Shown: positions 60,771-64,000 of the stretch, in pieces | Layout of the letters: every line of letters starts with the position of its first letter | How positions within the stretch are numbered: position 1 is the stretch's first letter | From: an uncultured Bifidobacteriaceae bacterium | Lineage (GTDB): Bacteria > Verrucomicrobiota > Verrucomicrobiia > Limisphaerales > UBA11358 | Direction: 5' to 3' | NCBI GenBank assembly: GCA_964413165.1 | Contig: CAYPSF010000001.1 | Coordinates: forward strand, 1,238 to 65,237 | DNA: 64,000 nucleotides | The notes under the pieces: model-generated | The model's input: only the letters and a program-made list of their open reading frames with translations | Databases searched by the model: none | What the model was told of the DNA's origin: nothing | Made by a program: the position numbers and the translations under genes

Positions 60771-60873
60771 AACATTCAACATCCAACATCCAACAACAAA
60801 CATCCAATTCCGAAAGGACGAAACATTTGGAATTCGTTGGGCGTTGGATGTTGGATGTTCGATGTTGGATGTT
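60771..60873. repeat. Intergenic hairpin element with 7-bp-periodic arms (AACATCC type)
   Basis: Left arm aacattc aacatcc aacatcc aacaaca aacatcc aattcc. Right arm ggaattc gttgggc gttggat gttggat gttcgat gttggat gtt. Confidence 0.8.
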
Positions 60874-62299
60874 CCTTGCCCCAATTCTTGTCATTACCGG
60901 TTGCGCCCGGTTCCAGCCGCAGCCGGTCTTGCCGGAACAAACCGCGGCACAACTGGAGGCCCGGCGACTCGACGATGCCGGCCTCCAGAAATTCCTCGAA
61001 AAAAACCTCGGCCATGATCTGCCCGGCTGGCCGCTGTCCGAATGGGACCTGAATTCACTCACGCTGGCCGCGTTTTATTTCCATCCCGACCTGGACGTGG
61101 CCCGGGCGCAATGGCGGCTGGCTGAGGCGGGTGTCAAAACCGCCGGCGCACGGCCGAATCCGTCGGTGACCGTAACGCCCGCCTATGACAATCAGATTCC
61201 CGGTACCCCGAGCCCATGGATTTTGCCGGTGACCGTCGACTTGCCAATCGAGACCGCTGGCAAACGCGCCAAACGTATCGCCGAGGCGCGGGATGTCTCC
61301 GAATCCGCCTGGTGGGGGCTCATCACGGCTGCCTGGCAGATCCGCAGCGGGGTCCGCGCCGGTCTGTTGGATTTCACCGTCGCCCAACAGCGTGCGGATT
61401 TGCTCGCGAAGCAACTGTCGACGCAGGAGCAAATCGTGAAATCGCTGCTACAACGCTATGATGCCGGCGAAATTTCCCGCCCGGACCTCGCCAGGGCACA
61501 AATCGCCCTGAGCAAGACCCGACTGGACGCAAGTGACGCGCAAACCACGCTCGCCAACGCCCGTTCGGAGCTGGCCGAAGCGCTCGGGGTCGGCGCCGCC
61601 GCCCTGGATGGAATGAATCTGGCGTTTGATTTTTCCGCCCGCGCGCCCGACGACCTCACCTCGCGGGCGGCGCGGCGAGTCGCCTTGCTGGGGCGTTCGG
61701 ATATTCGCAGCGCTTTGGCCGACTACGCGGCGGCCCAGGACGACCTGCGGTTGCAAGTCGCCAAACAATATCCGGACCTGCATCTGGGACCCGGTTACGC
61801 CTGGAATTCCGGCAACAACGCCGACAATGAATGGAGTCTGGGCCTGACCCTGGAGCTGCCGATCCTCGACCAAAACCAGGGGCCGATTGCCGAGGCCAGG
61901 GCGCGGCGGGAATTGGTTGCCGCGCAATTTACCGCCCTGCAGGCAAAAGTTATTGGTGAAATTGACCGGGCCGTGGCGGGTTACCATGTGGCAGCGGAAC
62001 AATTGAAAACCGGCGAGACGTTGCTGGCCGCTGAACGGCAACAGGAACAATCCACTGAGGCCCAGCAAAAGGCCGGCGCCGCCGACCGGCTCGATCTGCT
62101 CAGCGCGCAGGTCGAATTCGAGACGGCGGCGCTGGCGCACCTCGACGGCCAGGTAAAATATCAAACGGCGCTCGGCACGTTGGAAGCCGCCTTGCAACGT
62201 CCCGCGGATGCCCTGTCGGTAACAGCCAATGCCAGCATCCTGACGAACATCGTCCGGCAGCCGTTTCCGACTTCCCCAGCCCAGGAGCACAAACCATGA
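60869..62299 (+). CDS. Outer-membrane efflux lipoprotein (TolC/CzcC family)
   Basis: Chosen start MFLAPILVITGCARF (lipobox). Two OEP-type repeats. The ORF-track start at 60767 would translate the hairpin repeat (HSTSNIQQQTSN...). Confidence 0.85.
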   Translation: MFLAPILVITGCARFQPQPVLPEQTAAQLEARRLDDAGLQKFLEKNLGHDLPGWPLSEWDLNSLTLAAFYFHPDLDVARAQWRLAEAGVKTAGARPNPSVTVTPAYDNQIPGTPSPWILPVTVDLPIETAGKRAKRIAEARDVSESAWWGLITAAWQIRSGVRAGLLDFTVAQQRADLLAKQLSTQEQIVKSLLQRYDAGEISRPDLARAQIALSKTRLDASDAQTTLANARSELAEALGVGAAALDGMNLAFDFSARAPDDLTSRAARRVALLGRSDIRSALADYAAAQDDLRLQVAKQYPDLHLGPGYAWNSGNNADNEWSLGLTLELPILDQNQGPIAEARARRELVAAQFTALQAKVIGEIDRAVAGYHVAAEQLKTGETLLAAERQQEQSTEAQQKAGAADRLDLLSAQVEFETAALAHLDGQVKYQTALGTLEAALQRPADALSVTANASILTNIVRQPFPTSPAQEHKP

Positions 62300-63312
62300 A
62301 CCCGCCCATAAAGAATATTCTGACCGCCCTCGCCGCGTTTGCCGCCGGCGCCGCGCTGGTTTTTTACTTTGTCAAAGTCCAGCCCAAGCCCAGTGGCGCC
62401 GCCGGGGACGAAGGCGCGACGACGAGCCCGGTGCAACTCAAGCGTGACGCGAACGGAGCCACCGTCGTCGTGCTGGACACGGAAACCCGGCAAAGGCTTG
62501 GCTTGAAGACGGAAGCGCCGGTGGCCCGGCGGTGGCAACCGGAGGTAAAAGGCTATGGCAGCGTGATTGATTCGGCCACATTGTCGGCGGCGATTGCCGA
62601 GTTGGAGTCCGCACGGACCGCGGCCGAGGCGTCGGGCCAGGAGTACTCCCGGCAACAGGCGCTGGCGGCACAGGATAACGCCTCGGCACGGGTGCTTGAA
62701 GCCGCCCGGGCTGCCGCGACCCATGACCAGCTGGGTTTTGAATCCGGCCGCGCGAAATTTGCCATCGATTGGGGCCAATCGCTGGCCGGGCAAACGAACC
62801 TGGACATGCTGCTGCAGCAGCTCGCCAACGGGGAAGTCACGCTGGTCCGCGTCGATTTGCCCGCCGGTCAAGTCCTGTCCCCGCCCCCTGCTTCGGCACG
62901 AATTGTCGCGCTGACGGATGAAACAAAGTCCGTCGACGGAGACTTATTCAGTGCCACCCTGGGCGTGAATCCGGTAACGCAAAGCCAGGTTTTTTTGTAT
63001 CTGATCAAAGGCCAGCCCCTGGCCCCGGGCGCGGCGGTCACGGGTTTTTTGAAAAATGCCGGCGAACCGGTAGCGGGCGTGGTCGTATCCTCCGGCGCCG
63101 TGCTGCGGTACGAGGGCAAGGGCTGGATTTACGTCCAGAACGGCTCGAATGATTTTACCCGCACGGAAATTTCCCTCGACCATCCGGCGGAGAACGGCTG
63201 GTTCGTTTCCGGCAATCTGACAGCCACCAACCGTGTGGTCGTTGGCGGGGCGCAGACGGTCCTGTCCGCGGAATTGAGCGGCGGCAATTTCAACTCCGGT
63301 TCACGCGATTAA
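62296..63312 (+). CDS. Efflux periplasmic adaptor (membrane fusion protein, CzcB/CusB-like)
   Basis: 338 aa. N-terminal TM segment ILTALAAFAAGAALVFYF. A coiled-coil-rich middle. C-terminal beta-barrel-like ...GWIYVQNG...FTRTEISL. ATGA overlap with the OMP gene. Confidence 0.75.
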   Translation: MNPPIKNILTALAAFAAGAALVFYFVKVQPKPSGAAGDEGATTSPVQLKRDANGATVVVLDTETRQRLGLKTEAPVARRWQPEVKGYGSVIDSATLSAAIAELESARTAAEASGQEYSRQQALAAQDNASARVLEAARAAATHDQLGFESGRAKFAIDWGQSLAGQTNLDMLLQQLANGEVTLVRVDLPAGQVLSPPPASARIVALTDETKSVDGDLFSATLGVNPVTQSQVFLYLIKGQPLAPGAAVTGFLKNAGEPVAGVVVSSGAVLRYEGKGWIYVQNGSNDFTRTEISLDHPAENGWFVSGNLTATNRVVVGGAQTVLSAELSGGNFNSGSRD

Positions 63313-63382
63313 TGGCCGAGCCACACATGAAATCGGAATTCCATACACTCGACCCAATCGCAGGAGAACGCACCATTGCGTC

Positions 63383-63425
63383 TCCCTCTCCCCTCAACGG
63401 GGAGAGGGTTGGGGCGAGGGGTGAG
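63383..63425. repeat. Terminal inverted repeat, left copy (itself a 10-bp-stem hairpin)
   Basis: tccctctcccctcaacggggagagggttggggcgaggggtgag. Its reverse complement matches 63896..63938 at 41 of 43 positions. Confidence 0.85.
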
Positions 63426-63843
63426 CCGGCGATTGATCATTCGCTTTCTTCAAATGCGTCGGCAGCCTCACTCGTTTCTCCGGTTGCACATTTCCCGAAT
63501 GTGGCGCGCGTGTTTGCAGGTCGTTCCAGATTGTTTCGTGCACCCAGCGAACGTCTTTCAGTTGTGAATTCCAAAAACGCCGTGTTTCAATATTACGCGT
63601 CTTCAAATAATCGTCGCGTGCGGCATCTTTTGCCTGTGGTCCGGGAAATCCGTGCTGACCGCCGTCCAGTTCGAGGTTGTAACGCGCCTCGGCACAAAAC
63701 AAATCAAGGAAATGTTTGCCGACCTGATGCTGGCGGCGGAATTTGTAAGCCGAGAACCTCCGGTCGCGGAGAATTGCCCACAATTTTTTCTCCGCCCAAG
63801 TGGATTTCCTGCGGAGGAGGCGGGGAATTTGCGAGGAATTCAT
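63394..63843 (-). CDS. DUF559 (Vsr/PD-(D/E)xK-like) endonuclease-domain protein
   Basis: 149 aa. EKKLWAILRDRRFSAYKFRRQHQVGKHFLDLFCAEARYNLELDGGQH...D..RD.YL is the DUF559 signature. The C-terminal AHPSPQPSPR is encoded by the left TIR. Confidence 0.8.
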   Translation of the reverse strand: MNSSQIPRLLRRKSTWAEKKLWAILRDRRFSAYKFRRQHQVGKHFLDLFCAEARYNLELDGGQHGFPGPQAKDAARDDYLKTRNIETRRFWNSQLKDVRWVHETIWNDLQTRAPHSGNVQPEKRVRLPTHLKKANDQSPAHPSPQPSPR

Positions 63844-63895
63844 TGCCGATGGGTGTAGTCGGGGAGATTGGGTGGTTCAAGCGGTATTTTGCATT

Positions 63896-63938
63896 CTCAC
63901 CCCTCGCCCTGACCCTCTCCCCGTTGAGGGGAGAGGGA
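63896..63938. repeat. Terminal inverted repeat, right copy
   Basis: ctcacccctcgccctgaccctctccccgttgaggggagaggga. Confidence 0.85.
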
Positions 63939-64000
63939 ATAGCTGACGGAAGTCCGACATTATTCTGTGATGTCTGTCTGGCGACGATCGTGGTGCTCCA

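Larger units (their letters stand above)
63383..63938. mobile_element. DUF559 endonuclease cassette bounded by 43-bp inverted repeats
   Basis: The TIRs bracket a single 149-aa gene. The cassette lies directly after the efflux adaptor gene, where an RND pump gene would be expected. Confidence 0.5.

Noticed and set aside
60767-60868. N-terminal extension of the CzcC-like ORF (HSTSNIQQQTSNSERTKHLEFVGRWMLDVRCW); the same issue applies at 48167 and 49269
   Set aside because: These peptide stretches are translations of the hairpin repeat arms. Internal starts give a proper lipobox or canonical N-termini.
59005-62871. Minus-strand ORFs of 221, 248, 226, 280 and 236 aa
   Set aside because: They are antisense to the response regulator, kinase, OMP and adaptor genes, all of which have strong motifs.
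63313-63382. Possible start of an RND pump gene right after the adaptor gene
   Set aside because: The open frames here (for example MAEPHMKSEFHTLDP...) show no resemblance to CzcA/CusA N-termini and run into the inverted repeat.
63939-64000. Possible 5' end of a gene at the right edge (frame reading ...LFCDVCLATIVVL)
   Set aside because: It is hydrophobic but lacks an identifiable start codon or family motif within the 62 nt available, so it cannot be supported.
1-64000. Search by eye for tRNA, rRNA, tmRNA, riboswitch-like leaders and integrase/transposase genes
   Set aside because: None were recognised. Intergenic regions are short and mostly filled by the hairpin repeats. This is a visual negative only and should be confirmed with tRNAscan-SE and Infernal.

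Overview
This is a GC-rich, densely coding bacterial chromosomal window with about 55 genes, many with 4-bp start/stop overlaps. The gene content suggests a PVC-superphylum (Verrucomicrobiota-like) host, which is inference only: a prepilin-type 'FTLIELLVVIAVIA' protein, an ECF sigma plus Ser/Thr-kinase-WD40 pair, GYF/RDD/DUF1080 proteins and giant secreted propeller proteins. The window breaks into these blocks. (1) 1-9.8 kb, minus strand: an orphan type-II FAS/PKS-like lipid cluster with KS plus a Cys-less KS partner, 2 ketoreductases, 2 hotdog dehydratases, an extended ACP, a nitroreductase, an LbH acyltransferase and two paralogous Zn-ribbon radical SAM enzymes. (2) comM/yifB, whose last 66 bp recur 7.1 kb downstream. 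The repeats bracket two secreted proteins, an ECF sigma factor and a WD40 Ser/Thr kinase, which looks like an island remnant. (3) 21-30.6 kb, minus strand: a conserved RDD/SpoIIM-like/DUF58/MoxR/DUF4350/DUF4129 module, extended upstream by B-box/zinc-ribbon membrane proteins and a GYF-RDD protein. (4) 30.8-46.6 kb: an ECF sigma/anti-sigma pair followed by a ~15 kb operon. Four of its products share a CsgG/LpoB-like N-terminal module, and three of those are fused to very large C-terminal regions (propeller-like repeats, five EF-hand loops). (5) 46.6-56.3 kb: a metabolic block with MaoC, epimerase, MetE-like, CaiB-type CoA-transferase, GNAT, lactonase-like amidohydrolase, Gfo/Idh/MocA, RhaT, RhaM, SASA esterase and DUF423. 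(6) 56.4-64 kb: a decayed prepilin/VIT-like gene, a beta-propeller plus lipoprotein pair preceded by a CusR-box-like palindrome, a CusRS-like two-component system, CzcC/CzcB-like efflux genes and a DUF559 cassette flanked by 43-bp inverted repeats. A family of ~100-bp intergenic hairpin elements built from 7-bp-periodic tandem units occurs five times, and a 4x7-bp tandem sits inside the DUF58 gene. I recognised no rRNA, tRNA or CRISPR array by eye. All family assignments come from motif reading without database searches. Hand-derived coordinates (internal starts, repeats) may be off by 1-3 nt.
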